Source: a virus (Duplodnaviria; Caudoviricetes). Taken from it: a stretch of DNA of 25,668 nt. Position 1 is the first letter of the stretch, and every line of letters starts with the position of its first letter. Positions 14,442 through 23,495 of the stretch are shown here, in pieces. A program made the position numbers and the translations under genes. The stretch is taken from IMG/VR virus record IMGVR_UViG_3300012667_000220, positions 1 through 25,668 of that record; one strand, written 5' to 3'. Below the pieces are notes generated by a model. That model was given only the letters and a program-made list of their open reading frames with translations. It was not told where the DNA came from and searched no databases.

Positions 14442-15164
14442 TTACCAGAACCACAGGTCGCCAACAGAAGGGCTAGTAGGAGCTGTCTCCTGAACACTAA
14501 CCTTCGAGCCGTTCACCTTGCCAGCGTTGAGGAGAGCCTGCTCGCCTGAGCTCAACTGAGAAGCTAGAAGAGCGTCTCCTTCGTAAGCGAGAGACTTCCA
14601 AGTCGTGCCATTGTGAACTTCTGGCTTGACCGTTGAAGTGTTGAATCCACCAGTACCGATGACAGGAGAAGAAGGACGAAGAGCTGTCGTCCAGCGACCC
14701 CACTGAGCACCGAGGAACGTGCGAAGGTCAGCCACGTCAGAGGCAGAGATAGTCACAGCGTTAGCAGGGACCGTCACGCGGGCGATAGGGAGCTCGTAGA
14801 TTCCCTCTTCAGTCTGGGTGAGCGTCGGGTCTGTTGGACTAGCCGCCGCTGTCCCGGCCTTGACGGCGAGAGTCACAGAGTTCGTCGATGGGTCGAGCTT
14901 GAGGATGACGAGGTCACGTCGAGGGTTAGTCGAAGCGGAGCCAATGTTCAGAGTGACAATTGCGTCGCTGTTGTAAGCGTGACCGCGAACGATAGCGAAG
15001 CCGACAGCTACCTTGACGGTCATTCCAGACGAGTCACCGTAAGCCTTCAGCTCAGTTCCCGCAGGAGCACCAGAGACGCCCGTGTAAGTCAAGCGACGGA
15101 AGAGCTGAGAATACTGAGCCTCAGTCGTGTCCTGCGCGTCGAAAGGGTAAGAAGTCTGAGTCAT
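14442..15164 (-). CDS. Minor tail/baseplate protein
   Basis: SYPFD...GMTVKVAVGFAIVRGH...NPRRDLVILKLD...YELPIARV...DLR; ends APTSPSVGDLWFW. Confidence 0.82.
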   Translation of the reverse strand: MTQTSYPFDAQDTTEAQYSQLFRRLTYTGVSGAPAGTELKAYGDSSGMTVKVAVGFAIVRGHAYNSDAIVTLNIGSASTNPRRDLVILKLDPSTNSVTLAVKAGTAAASPTDPTLTQTEEGIYELPIARVTVPANAVTISASDVADLRTFLGAQWGRWTTALRPSSPVIGTGGFNTSTVKPEVHNGTTWKSLAYEGDALLASQLSSGEQALLNAGKVNGSKVSVQETAPTSPSVGDLWFW

Positions 15165-15457
15165 TAGTTTTCCTTCGTGGTGATGTTAGCCATGGCGAGA
15201 GAAGAGAACGCTGGGCCGAGAGCTGTATAGGCTCCAGTCGCAAACATGAACCACTCAGGAGCGAGAGCACCAGTAGCCGTCAAGCCACCCATGAAGCCGA
15301 TGATAGCCAGACCGGTGATGCCGTAGATAGCCCAAACAATCTTCCGGGCCTTGTTGTTCGTGATGATGGAGCCAAGGTCAGCGGGCTTGAGCTGTGAAGC
15401 TAGAGCTACCTGTCGGGCGTTAATCTCAGCGATTTCTTGTTCATTTAGTTTTGCCAC
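15164..15457 (-). CDS. Putative holin from an internal in-frame start, 97 aa
   Basis: AAGGAG(15469-64)-6 nt-GTG(15457), in frame and just after the Pro linker. Confidence 0.55.
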   Translation of the reverse strand: MAKLNEQEIAEINARQVALASQLKPADLGSIITNNKARKIVWAIYGITGLAIIGFMGGLTATGALAPEWFMFATGAYTALGPAFSSLAMANITTKEN

Positions 15458-16237
15458 AGGCTTCTCCTTGTGTTCGATATTTTCGGGCTTGACAGAGGGT
15501 GGAGGGGTCGGCTCTACAGGAACCGGAGGAGGCGTCACAGGGACGGCTGGAGCAGAGTTCAAGTCAGGCAGGCCGTCAGTGCCGGCGTTAGTGAACGCAC
15601 CACTCCAGAACCAATTCCCAGAAACGCCTTGGAACCATACAGGATTCCCGCCGACGTCCTCACCATAAATCCAGCCGATGAAGTTCCCGACCTCGTTAGG
15701 TTCAAGGTCGCCGTCAAGACGAGCTGACTGAGAGGAGGGAGCTTCACGACGGAACACTCCCGCAGGGCCGGCCTGACGTTGAGTGCCTGCCAGTGCTGGA
15801 GGAGCCGGTGCGATGGGAGCCTGATTTATTGGACGAAGGAACCCGTCGACGTTAGCCATAGTTCTATCGTGACGAGTGACAGCGTTAGCGATGCCCGCGT
15901 TCTGTTCGATAGTGCCAAAGGTCGAGCCGTCCCACGCACGAGTCACGACGCCGATGTGACCATCGCGTCCGTCATAGATGTCCCCAGAGGCGATGAAGAT
16001 GTCTCCGACTTGAGGGTTCGAGTCGACACGGGTGAAGCCGTGAACTTCTGAAACGCGAGCATTGAACCACCAGTCAACAGCCGCACCCACAGCGACGAAC
16101 CCGCCACCGAGGACGCCCTCATTGTAAAGGTTAGCTAGAGCTACACACTCAGAAGCTCCATGGTTGAAGACCTGAGTCCCGTTAGGGATACGGATGAACT
16201 CGTCCCAGCTCATAGGGGGACAGTCATAAATCGCCAC
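15164..16237 (-). CDS. Endolysin (CHAP + cell-wall-binding domain) fused in frame to a holin-like 2-TM domain
   Basis: ECVAL...GDIF...GHIGVV...IEQN catalytic motifs; GWIYGEDVGGNPVWF binding-like domain; Pro-rich linker; two hydrophobic helices; AAGGAG-GTG start. Confidence 0.85.
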   Translation of the reverse strand: MAIYDCPPMSWDEFIRIPNGTQVFNHGASECVALANLYNEGVLGGGFVAVGAAVDWWFNARVSEVHGFTRVDSNPQVGDIFIASGDIYDGRDGHIGVVTRAWDGSTFGTIEQNAGIANAVTRHDRTMANVDGFLRPINQAPIAPAPPALAGTQRQAGPAGVFRREAPSSQSARLDGDLEPNEVGNFIGWIYGEDVGGNPVWFQGVSGNWFWSGAFTNAGTDGLPDLNSAPAVPVTPPPVPVEPTPPPSVKPENIEHKEKPVAKLNEQEIAEINARQVALASQLKPADLGSIITNNKARKIVWAIYGITGLAIIGFMGGLTATGALAPEWFMFATGAYTALGPAFSSLAMANITTKEN

Positions 16238-16269
16238 GTCGGCTCCTTCTGTGAAAGCGGGCTTGAAAA

Positions 16270-16581
16270 TTATCCAGAAATAGACTTTTTCGGGAACTTA
16301 TTTTTGACAGTCTCGACAGCCAAAAGCCAGTCCTGTTCTGTCGCTTCGCCCCTTTGCCAGCGGAAAAAAATGGGGTCAGACTCTTCCCTGTAGGCAAGCT
16401 GTCTACTAGCCTCGACTGTTTTGTTTAGGAATTCATTTTCAACCTCAGGCCAAAGGTTAGCAAGTTCTTTCTCGGTTGGTTTTTTTGAGTCATCAAGCCA
16501 CTCAAGTCCCGAATATTCGTTGCCAGAAAGAGCCCACTTTTTTCCCGGGAATCTAGCTTGTAAGATTTGAGAAATATCCAC
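16270..16581 (-). CDS. Tail fibre assembly chaperone-like protein (XkdW-like)
   Basis: PGKKWALSGNEYSGLEWLDDSKKPTEKEL; similar to 17843..18151; directly follows a fibre gene. Confidence 0.7.
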   Translation of the reverse strand: MDISQILQARFPGKKWALSGNEYSGLEWLDDSKKPTEKELANLWPEVENEFLNKTVEASRQLAYREESDPIFFRWQRGEATEQDWLLAVETVKNKFPKKSISG

Positions 16582-17840
16582 TATCCGGCTACCTCCATTA
16601 ACGTGATTGTTGAAGCACCAATCGCGGCAAACATATACGTCCCGTTTTGATAACTTCCAGCGGGGGCCCTGTTCAAGAACATGGTCCCGCCCTCTGAGTT
16701 GAACTGGACGTCATAAGTTATCGCAGAGCCAGAATTAGGAGAGTCAAGATAGTTCACAGTCACAACTCTTCGAGAGTGGTTCGTGTCCGAAGCGTAGAGC
16801 ATACCGGTCACACCACTCGCCAATTGGTTTCCAGTACCCGGAGGATTACCCGTGGCAATTGGAGAGCCGTTCCTTAGTATCCTGAAAGCGGCATCGTTAG
16901 ACGAGTTTCCTAGGTCTGCGTTTACAATGACAAGTATTTTACTAGATGAGCTTCTCGGAGTTATCGAAAGATTCATCCTGCTAGAGGGCCAAGTAATCCA
17001 AACATTTTGAGAGACCCCCGCCGCATAAGCGTTGCCGTCAGTCTTAGAAACAACCTGAAGAACCCTGCCCGGCTGTTCAATAGAGTTAAGTCTTGACTCT
17101 GCTGTAGCCAGCCTGCCGTCATACGCCGTCACTGTTGCTTCTGCCTCGCCCATGCGGACAGCCAGTTCGGTGTCTGACGGAGCTACAGAAACAGTCGTCT
17201 TAATGATGTAGTTGAGAACTGCGTAAGGCTGAAGGTTCGTGTGAGCCTGCCCGCCACCAGTGTTCTGGTTAGTCGCTGTCGTCGGGAAGTTCCCATATTG
17301 GACCTCACCCGAGCCACTAGCCGCACCTTGGTCGTTAGCCGCTCCGGTGTTATACGAATATCCGAATCCATAGTGGGCCCCGCTGGAGCCAGCCCCATTG
17401 AAAATCCATTGACGGTGGACGTGGTTGTGAGCGTTCTGAATGTGCGTGTGGCTAGGCATCTGAGCCTCAGTCAAAGCAACAGACTCGACACCGCCAGTCC
17501 AGCCAAGACCTTCGAAGGTTTGACCGTCCCCATTCTTGCCGACAGGGATACGTCCACGGAGGTCAGGCACGTTGAACGTAGATGACCCGTTACCTTGACC
17601 CCAAGGAGACGAAGCCCCACCGAGAGCCGCATAAAGGGACGAGTAAGTAGAGCGTGAAACAGCCGCACCGTTACAGAGAAGCCAGCCCGCCGGGATGGTA
17701 GCTGAGGCCCAAGGGATGACAGCACCACAGGGGAGAGTCCCGTACTGAGCTATTGACCTCCACGCCGGGAGGCTTGCGTCGTACTGGTACTCCCCGAAGA
17801 TGTCGCCGTCGCTCGGAGAGTTAGGGAAGTTGAGAGCCAC
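16581..17840 (-). CDS. Tail fibre with tail-collar domain
   Basis: PCGAVIPWA...PAGWLLCNG.AVSRSTYSSLY...FNVPDLRGR collar motif; AHTNLQPY..LNYIIK; coiled coil and beta-rich tip. Confidence 0.88.
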   Translation of the reverse strand: MALNFPNSPSDGDIFGEYQYDASLPAWRSIAQYGTLPCGAVIPWASATIPAGWLLCNGAAVSRSTYSSLYAALGGASSPWGQGNGSSTFNVPDLRGRIPVGKNGDGQTFEGLGWTGGVESVALTEAQMPSHTHIQNAHNHVHRQWIFNGAGSSGAHYGFGYSYNTGAANDQGAASGSGEVQYGNFPTTATNQNTGGGQAHTNLQPYAVLNYIIKTTVSVAPSDTELAVRMGEAEATVTAYDGRLATAESRLNSIEQPGRVLQVVSKTDGNAYAAGVSQNVWITWPSSRMNLSITPRSSSSKILVIVNADLGNSSNDAAFRILRNGSPIATGNPPGTGNQLASGVTGMLYASDTNHSRRVVTVNYLDSPNSGSAITYDVQFNSEGGTMFLNRAPAGSYQNGTYMFAAIGASTITLMEVAG

Positions 17841-17842
17841 GA

Positions 17843-18151
17843 TTACGCCTTAGGGTATTTCTTCTTGACGTCAAGACACTTCTGTATGTAGTTCGCTACC
17901 TGAGCCTCGTCGCCCTTGACCACGCCGTCGATGTAGTCACGGAAGTCAGGGTACTCAGCCGCGCGAAGACGCTGGTACTCAGTCGCATCGTATTCGGCCT
18001 GTAAGCGTGCGAGCTCGGCAAGGATAGCCTCATCTGATGGGCGTTCAATGTCTTCACTCATCCATTCCAAAGTCGAGAGGTCGTCTTCTTCGTAGGACCA
18101 CGCAGAGCTTGGAGCAAGAGAAAGAATTGCGTCTCCGAGTTGTAATGTCAT
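17843..18151 (-). CDS. Tail fibre assembly chaperone-like protein (XkdW-like)
   Basis: ATG 18151 (ATGA overlap); LEW...PSDEAI...YQRLRAAEYP...VKKKYPK. Confidence 0.72.
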   Translation of the reverse strand: MTLQLGDAILSLAPSSAWSYEEDDLSTLEWMSEDIERPSDEAILAELARLQAEYDATEYQRLRAAEYPDFRDYIDGVVKGDEAQVANYIQKCLDVKKKYPKA

Positions 18152-20091
18152 TGTGCTATCTCCCAAATCACGGCGGTCGATACTCCGACCTCCCAGCTAT
18201 TCTGACCACTTGAACCGTAGGCCCGGTTCAAAGCAAAAGTCTCTGTACCTCCGCCGGATTGCGTAATCGCTATCTGTAGCGTGGTGCTGTTAGTGTTTGT
18301 CGCTGGGGCGACGTACTGAATACTCGTAGTGTTCGGCGTGCTTGCTACGTCCGTGTCATAAGACAGGGCCGCGAAGCCAGACCAAAAGTTTCCGTCAGTG
18401 TTGTTGAACCCTTGATAACCCGAAGTGCTTACAAGTGAGCCGTCCCTAAAGATGCGAAATGTTCCATTGTATTGAGTTTCATAAGTAATCATCCATTGAA
18501 CCAATAAGAGGCTGTTAGCTCTCTTCGGGGTGTATGTAATATTCAGAGGGCTGATAATTGTCCCACCCGCAAAAGCATAAGTCGCGCGAGTGTCTGTCCT
18601 GATGTGGTTGAACCCGAGAACAGTTCCGGCTGGAAGCCTTGCCTGATTCAGCGTGCCTGAGTTTATAGACCCCGCAGGGACCCCAGAGGTAGCCGTGTAG
18701 ACAGAACCCTCAAGGCTTGCCACACGAGTCTCCACGTCAGCCAAGCCGAAAGGCAGATTCGCGTCACTAGGGTTCTTCACCTCAACCCACTGAGAGGAGT
18801 CGCCGTCGTTGTATCTAACGAAAGCTGAGCCGTCGTTTGAATAGAACCACATAGCGTCATCCGGAGCGTCCACAGGCTGAGAGTCTGCGACGATAATGCT
18901 CGCACCTCCGCCTCCACCTGCGGGCTCGTTACGTTCAAGGTTTGAGATGCGCTCATCTTGAGAAGCCTGAGTAGCGATGACCTGAGACTCGACGTCATCA
19001 GTAGCAACAGAGACAGGGTTTCCGACAGTCGCGCCAACCTTGACGCCCTCATCCGTGACGACGATAGCGACCTCAGTGACTACCTGAGCCACCTCAGCAT
19101 CTCCGACCACGACGGACACCTTGTCGCCAAGGCCCCAGTCGACGCCGTAAGTCATATTGTCGTCATCAGTAGGAGTGACAGAGACTGACTCGATGGTCAG
19201 GCCCTTCTCCGCTAGGAGCTCATCTCCAGCCTGTTCAAGCTCAGCCAGTTCGCTCGTGTTGCGTTGGTCTTTGAAGACCTCGATACGGGCGTTCCATGCC
19301 GTCTCAGCGGTCACAGAAGCTGTCGTAGAACGCTCGATAAGAGTGCGCTCCGCACCGGCTCCCTGACCGGCAACAATGACGCGGGTAGCCTGAGGACGAG
19401 AGTAGGCGTACTCAGACTTAACTAGCCTGTTGTTGTCGATGTCCATACGGACCGAAGCTGAACGGTCAACCGGTGCGAAGATTTGGAACTCTAGCCCGTT
19501 GCCCACCTGTTCGATGGTGTAGCCCAGACCTGACGTAGCCAGAACCTGACCTAGAAGCTTGTCTAGAGGGTCGAAGCGTGCTCGGCCTGTGACAGTTACA
19601 CCACGAGCAGAGTCAGCCTCTACAGTGAGCCCTGAGACGCGACGAGCGACAGGGGCAGAAGAGCCAAGGTTCGCTCCAATGTATGCCTTCGCTACAGTCT
19701 CAGCCTTACCAGTGCGGACGTCATAGTCGCCCTGAGCCGTGAGGTCATCAGAGGCCGGGGTAGGGTATGCGACGCGCTGGCTCAAAAGAGCAGAATCGTC
19801 AGTTCCTTGAATCTCCCAAACACCAGTCGGGTCTTCTGCGGTCTTCACGTTCTTAGCTGTCACGGTCGAGCCGGACAAGAGAACACCGGTCGGGCCGGTA
19901 ATGATGATTCCAGCACCGGGCGCACGAAGAGCGTCAGCGAGAGAGTGGTCTGCTCGAAGGTTTAGCTTCCACCCGCCGACAGCGTTGAAGCGCAAGACAG
20001 CCTCAAGGCCGACGAGCTCTTCTGGCATGATGACGCCAACGCGAGCTAGAGAAGAGTCCCTAACTTCGACGGTGATGTCATTAATCAGCAT
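18148..20091 (-). CDS. Tal/baseplate hub minor tail protein with a fused C-terminal fibre-like domain
   Basis: Follows Dit; RFNAVGGW, VAGQGAG.ER and YGVDWGLGDKV motifs resemble ReqiPepy6 gp37-like proteins; GGGGG linker, then a fibre-type tip. Confidence 0.85.
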   Translation of the reverse strand: MLINDITVEVRDSSLARVGVIMPEELVGLEAVLRFNAVGGWKLNLRADHSLADALRAPGAGIIITGPTGVLLSGSTVTAKNVKTAEDPTGVWEIQGTDDSALLSQRVAYPTPASDDLTAQGDYDVRTGKAETVAKAYIGANLGSSAPVARRVSGLTVEADSARGVTVTGRARFDPLDKLLGQVLATSGLGYTIEQVGNGLEFQIFAPVDRSASVRMDIDNNRLVKSEYAYSRPQATRVIVAGQGAGAERTLIERSTTASVTAETAWNARIEVFKDQRNTSELAELEQAGDELLAEKGLTIESVSVTPTDDDNMTYGVDWGLGDKVSVVVGDAEVAQVVTEVAIVVTDEGVKVGATVGNPVSVATDDVESQVIATQASQDERISNLERNEPAGGGGGASIIVADSQPVDAPDDAMWFYSNDGSAFVRYNDGDSSQWVEVKNPSDANLPFGLADVETRVASLEGSVYTATSGVPAGSINSGTLNQARLPAGTVLGFNHIRTDTRATYAFAGGTIISPLNITYTPKRANSLLLVQWMITYETQYNGTFRIFRDGSLVSTSGYQGFNNTDGNFWSGFAALSYDTDVASTPNTTSIQYVAPATNTNSTTLQIAITQSGGGTETFALNRAYGSSGQNSWEVGVSTAVIWEIAQ

Positions 20092-20972
20092 TAGTGAATA
20101 ACCTCTCGACGTGGCTTATAGGAGCAAGTGATGAGCGTCGCGCCAACTCCACCGATACCGGGAGAAGTGCCTGTCGCTTCGACGTTCAAGACTGAGACGC
20201 CTGCGGGGATGGAGAACAACTTAGGAGAAGCTCCGAGGTTGGCGTACTTGTTGACGTTGTCTTGATTGGTGACGTGTCCTGTTTTCGTGTCGACAGTGAT
20301 GGTCTCCGTCGAAGGGATGACAGCCTCATAAGAGAACGAGCGTCCGTCTGGAGCTGTTACTGTAACGGCGTCGATAGGGCCACGGAACGTCCACGTCGGG
20401 AAAGCATCCACGTCGCCGGCGTTCTCCACAGTGAACTCACCGATTACTTGAGAAGACTTGACCTGTAAAGCGGCAAGCTTAGGGAGCAGACCACGAGGGT
20501 CAGGGTCAGAACCTAGGAAGAGACTCTCTGAGTCAAGCGAAGTCCAGTAAGGGTCTGGAGCCTGAAGAGTGATAGCCCAGCGGGCGAACGTGCTTCCAGC
20601 TTCGTCACCGAATACAGTCTCAGCTCCGCCGGTGTAGTGGACCTCTATCTCGTAGGGGCCTTCACCGTCACCGTACACGGCGCGAAGATGTGGAGCAGAA
20701 GTGCGGTCAGACAAAGCCGAAGCAAGACGGCGAAGTTTAGTCTCCACGTCTTGACGGTCTTCGCCGATGACAGCGATAGGGAAGTCAAAGTCTCGGACAG
20801 TGCGTCGAGTAGAACGCCACGTCCCGCCGTCTCCAGCGGAGTTCTGAATCTTGACCGCTGTAGGAGCGATACCTAGACCACGAAGACCCGACGTCAGGGT
20901 GAATCCCTGCGAGCCGTCGAATGGGATTGTGTCGCCGTTGCCTCCGATGAGGAAGAGTTCGAGGTCTACCAT
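20091..20972 (-). CDS. Distal tail protein (Dit)
   Basis: Immediately after the TMP; LQAPDPYW and NAGDVDAFPTWTFRGP motifs. Confidence 0.85.
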   Translation of the reverse strand: MVDLELFLIGGNGDTIPFDGSQGFTLTSGLRGLGIAPTAVKIQNSAGDGGTWRSTRRTVRDFDFPIAVIGEDRQDVETKLRRLASALSDRTSAPHLRAVYGDGEGPYEIEVHYTGGAETVFGDEAGSTFARWAITLQAPDPYWTSLDSESLFLGSDPDPRGLLPKLAALQVKSSQVIGEFTVENAGDVDAFPTWTFRGPIDAVTVTAPDGRSFSYEAVIPSTETITVDTKTGHVTNQDNVNKYANLGASPKLFSIPAGVSVLNVEATGTSPGIGGVGATLITCSYKPRREVIH

Positions 20973-22759
20973 GCGCTTAGAACCTTTGCTCGCTTGAGTG
21001 CTGTAAAGAGTGCTTGTTCGGCGTCTAGAGATTGGTTAGGAGCCGCGTAGTAGTTCACAGTCTGTCCCTTTCCGTTTCCGTCGAGGCCCATCATGCGCTC
21101 AAAGTCTTTGAGTGGCGTCACTACTTCTGGGCCAGCTTCACCGATGAGGGCTGTCGTGGGTCCGTTTACGAATCCACCCTTGGCGAGGTGAGGGATACGG
21201 CTGAGGCGAATGTCTACGCTTCCATTAGTTGCGTCTTTGATAGCTCCAGCGACCATGTTGACGCCGTCAATGATTCCGTTAATGGTGTCAATGATGTTGT
21301 TAATGGTCCACTTGATGCCGTCTACCACGCCTTCAAATATACCGGAGATAAAGTCTCCGACACCCTGAAACACCGTCTCAAAGAAGCCACCGATTTTGTC
21401 GAGGCTGGACTTGAAGAAGTCAACGATTTCTCCCCAGTGCTCGACGACCCACTGGATTACTAGACCCAGAGGACCGATGAAGAAGGAGAGGACGAGGCCC
21501 CAGTAATCCTTAATCCAGTTCACGAAGTTAGTGATTGCGTCAGTGAACCAATCGACTATCCCTGTCCAGATGGTGTCGATAGCTTCGCCGATGCCAGTCC
21601 AGAGGTCGCTCCACCATTGAGCGATTGCTTTGAACGACTCATCTAGCCAGCCCATGAAGCCAGCCCATACTTCGCCAATCCACTTCGTTACCATCTCCCA
21701 ATTCATAACGAGGAAGACGATAGCTCCGATTAGGAGGCCGATGCCGAGGACAATCCAAGTGAACGGGTTAGCGAGCATCGCGACAGTAAAGGCCCACATA
21801 GCGACGACACCCGCCCAGATAGCCGGGGCTAGTGCCGCGAGGATGATTCCACCCAGTGCCGCAAGGATAGGGATTGAAAAGTTCGCGTTCTCAGTCATCC
21901 ACTCAAAAGCGGCTCCCATGCCGTCAAGGATAGGGATGAAGAAGTCTGCGACGAACTTAGTGACAGCCGCCATGACTGGGAGCAGGGCCTCGCCGAGGCG
22001 TGCCTTTCCGTTCTCAATCTCAGCGTTCGCGCTACGTTGCGAGTTAGCGAGACCGTCCGCCGTGTTCGCGAAGTCCCCCTGAACCTTTGACGTCTGCTCC
22101 ATGAGCGAGCCGTAACGGGCCTGAACCTTCTGGGCTTCCGTCATCTGGCCTGTGCCGTCCCAGATACCAGAGGCGAGAGCGTAAGCTTCGACAGCCGCCG
22201 CGCTCAGGTCGATGCCGTACTTGCGGAGAGGTTCCGTCTCGCCGGCTAGACCTGACTGAAAGAGTCCAAGAGACTCATTGACGTCGAGGTTCATAACCGA
22301 AGCGAAGTCGGCTCCACGAGTTGACAGGTCGTCAATAACCTTCGAGACGTCCCCGCCGTCGCCGGCAATTGTTCCAGCGAAAGCGGAGAACTGTGTCGCG
22401 ATGCCGTTGAACGCTGACGTCGAAAGGCCGAGTCGTTTAGCTGAGTCTTCTCCGAGCTTTGCGATTGAGTCAGCCGCGTCTCCGAATGTGACCTTGATAG
22501 CGTTCTGAGACTCTGTCAAATCGGATGCTGAAGTAATCGCGCCCTTGAAGAAGTCGACAGCCGCAAACACTGAGAAAGCCGCGACAAGTGGTCCGACGAA
22601 AGACTTCGCCGCTGTGACCATCCCGCCACCGAGCTTCTTTCCGCCTTCGGTTCCGGCGGTCTCCATGTCGTCGCCCAGCTTGCCCTTGAGATACCTGTCA
22701 AGGTCCTGCGTGCCGGGGACAATGTTGACGAACGCCGTAGCGAGAGCTCTCGATGCCAT
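20966..22759 (-). CDS. Tape measure protein
   Basis: LATAFVNIVP N-terminus, GETEPLRKYGI, Trp/Phe periodic repeats, LAKGGFV.GPT.ALIGEAGPEVV. Confidence 0.95.
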   Translation of the reverse strand: MASRALATAFVNIVPGTQDLDRYLKGKLGDDMETAGTEGGKKLGGGMVTAAKSFVGPLVAAFSVFAAVDFFKGAITSASDLTESQNAIKVTFGDAADSIAKLGEDSAKRLGLSTSAFNGIATQFSAFAGTIAGDGGDVSKVIDDLSTRGADFASVMNLDVNESLGLFQSGLAGETEPLRKYGIDLSAAAVEAYALASGIWDGTGQMTEAQKVQARYGSLMEQTSKVQGDFANTADGLANSQRSANAEIENGKARLGEALLPVMAAVTKFVADFFIPILDGMGAAFEWMTENANFSIPILAALGGIILAALAPAIWAGVVAMWAFTVAMLANPFTWIVLGIGLLIGAIVFLVMNWEMVTKWIGEVWAGFMGWLDESFKAIAQWWSDLWTGIGEAIDTIWTGIVDWFTDAITNFVNWIKDYWGLVLSFFIGPLGLVIQWVVEHWGEIVDFFKSSLDKIGGFFETVFQGVGDFISGIFEGVVDGIKWTINNIIDTINGIIDGVNMVAGAIKDATNGSVDIRLSRIPHLAKGGFVNGPTTALIGEAGPEVVTPLKDFERMMGLDGNGKGQTVNYYAAPNQSLDAEQALFTALKRAKVLSAW

Positions 22760-23387
22760 TAGTCTTCCTTCGGGTTCATCCAGTCCAGAATCTTTCGAAC
22801 CTCTTGAGGAGGTCGCTGAGTCTTTCCTGTTCTAACTGTGTTCTTGTCAGGGAACGGGTTAGGGTACGGTTTCGGTTTCTTGCCCTTGCCACTGTTAGCC
22901 ATAGCGAGGAGGTCGTAAGTGTGTGAGGTGACTATCCATTCGCGGGAGACTGGATACTTCCAGCCCGCTTTCACGGCTTGAGTCCACGACTCAGGGTCTC
23001 GCAAGATGACGGCGAGGAGGAGGGTCGCCTCACGGTAGGAGACGGACCGTCCAACGTCGTCGATGCTTACGCCACACTTAGAGCGCAGGTCGTAGGCGAG
23101 TTCTGCGGGATGCTCCTCGATTAGCTCTCGGAGCTTGAGGATTCCCCCACAGGCGCACCCTGAGTCCAACCTGCGAGGAAGGTCTGAAAGTCTTCACTGT
23201 TCATGGAGTCGATTGCGTCTAGTGCGTCACTGCCTTCGCCCATGGTCAGCTCGATGATGGTGAACACTGTGTCCATTTCATCCTTGGCCTTGCGCGATTT
23301 ACGGAGGACCCCGACGGGGATGTCTGCGAACTTAGGGACGGAATACTTTTTTCCGTCTACGGTGAAGTGATGTTTTTCTAAAGTCAT
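22759..23387 (-). CDS. Tail assembly chaperone, long form via -1 frameshift (~209 aa)
   Basis: GGGGGAA at 23148-23142 shifts ...APVG into the GILKLRELIEEHP frame (ORF 22759..23169). Confidence 0.88.
23121..23387 (-). CDS. Tail assembly chaperone, short form
   Basis: Lies between the major tail and TMP genes; AAAGGA RBS. Confidence 0.88.
   Translation of the reverse strand: MTLEKHHFTVDGKKYSVPKFADIPVGVLRKSRKAKDEMDTVFTIIELTMGEGSDALDAIDSMNSEDFQTFLAGWTQGAPVGESSSSES
23142..23148 (-). other. Programmed -1 frameshift slippery site G GGG GAA
   Basis: GTG GGG GAA TCC near the end of the chaperone ORF; the -1 frame is open to 22759. Confidence 0.85.
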
Positions 23388-23487
23388 AGCGGTTCCTTTG
23401 CGGTCTTGTATCAGTTCTGATACGGCGGTCAGCGGTCAAGTGTGGTGGAACCCGGGAAGAGGACGACCGCTCTATCCCCTCCCCGGG
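23388..23487 (-). promoter_or_regulatory. Structured intergenic element (hairpin plus pseudoknot partners)
   Basis: 14-bp stem at 23451-23487 with loop AGAGCGGUC; four downstream ACCGC copies; GTATCAG-aa-CTGATAC palindrome. Confidence 0.65.
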
Positions 23488-23495
23488 GGTATTAC

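Noticed and set aside
16581-18700. Diversity-generating retroelement or invertible tail cassette
   Set aside because: Tip similarity is visible only at protein level; no reverse transcriptase, invertase, near-identical TR/VR pair or inverted crossover sites seen
22759-23169. Independent 136-aa gene starting at TTG 23169
   Set aside because: Better explained as the -1 frame extension of the tail chaperone
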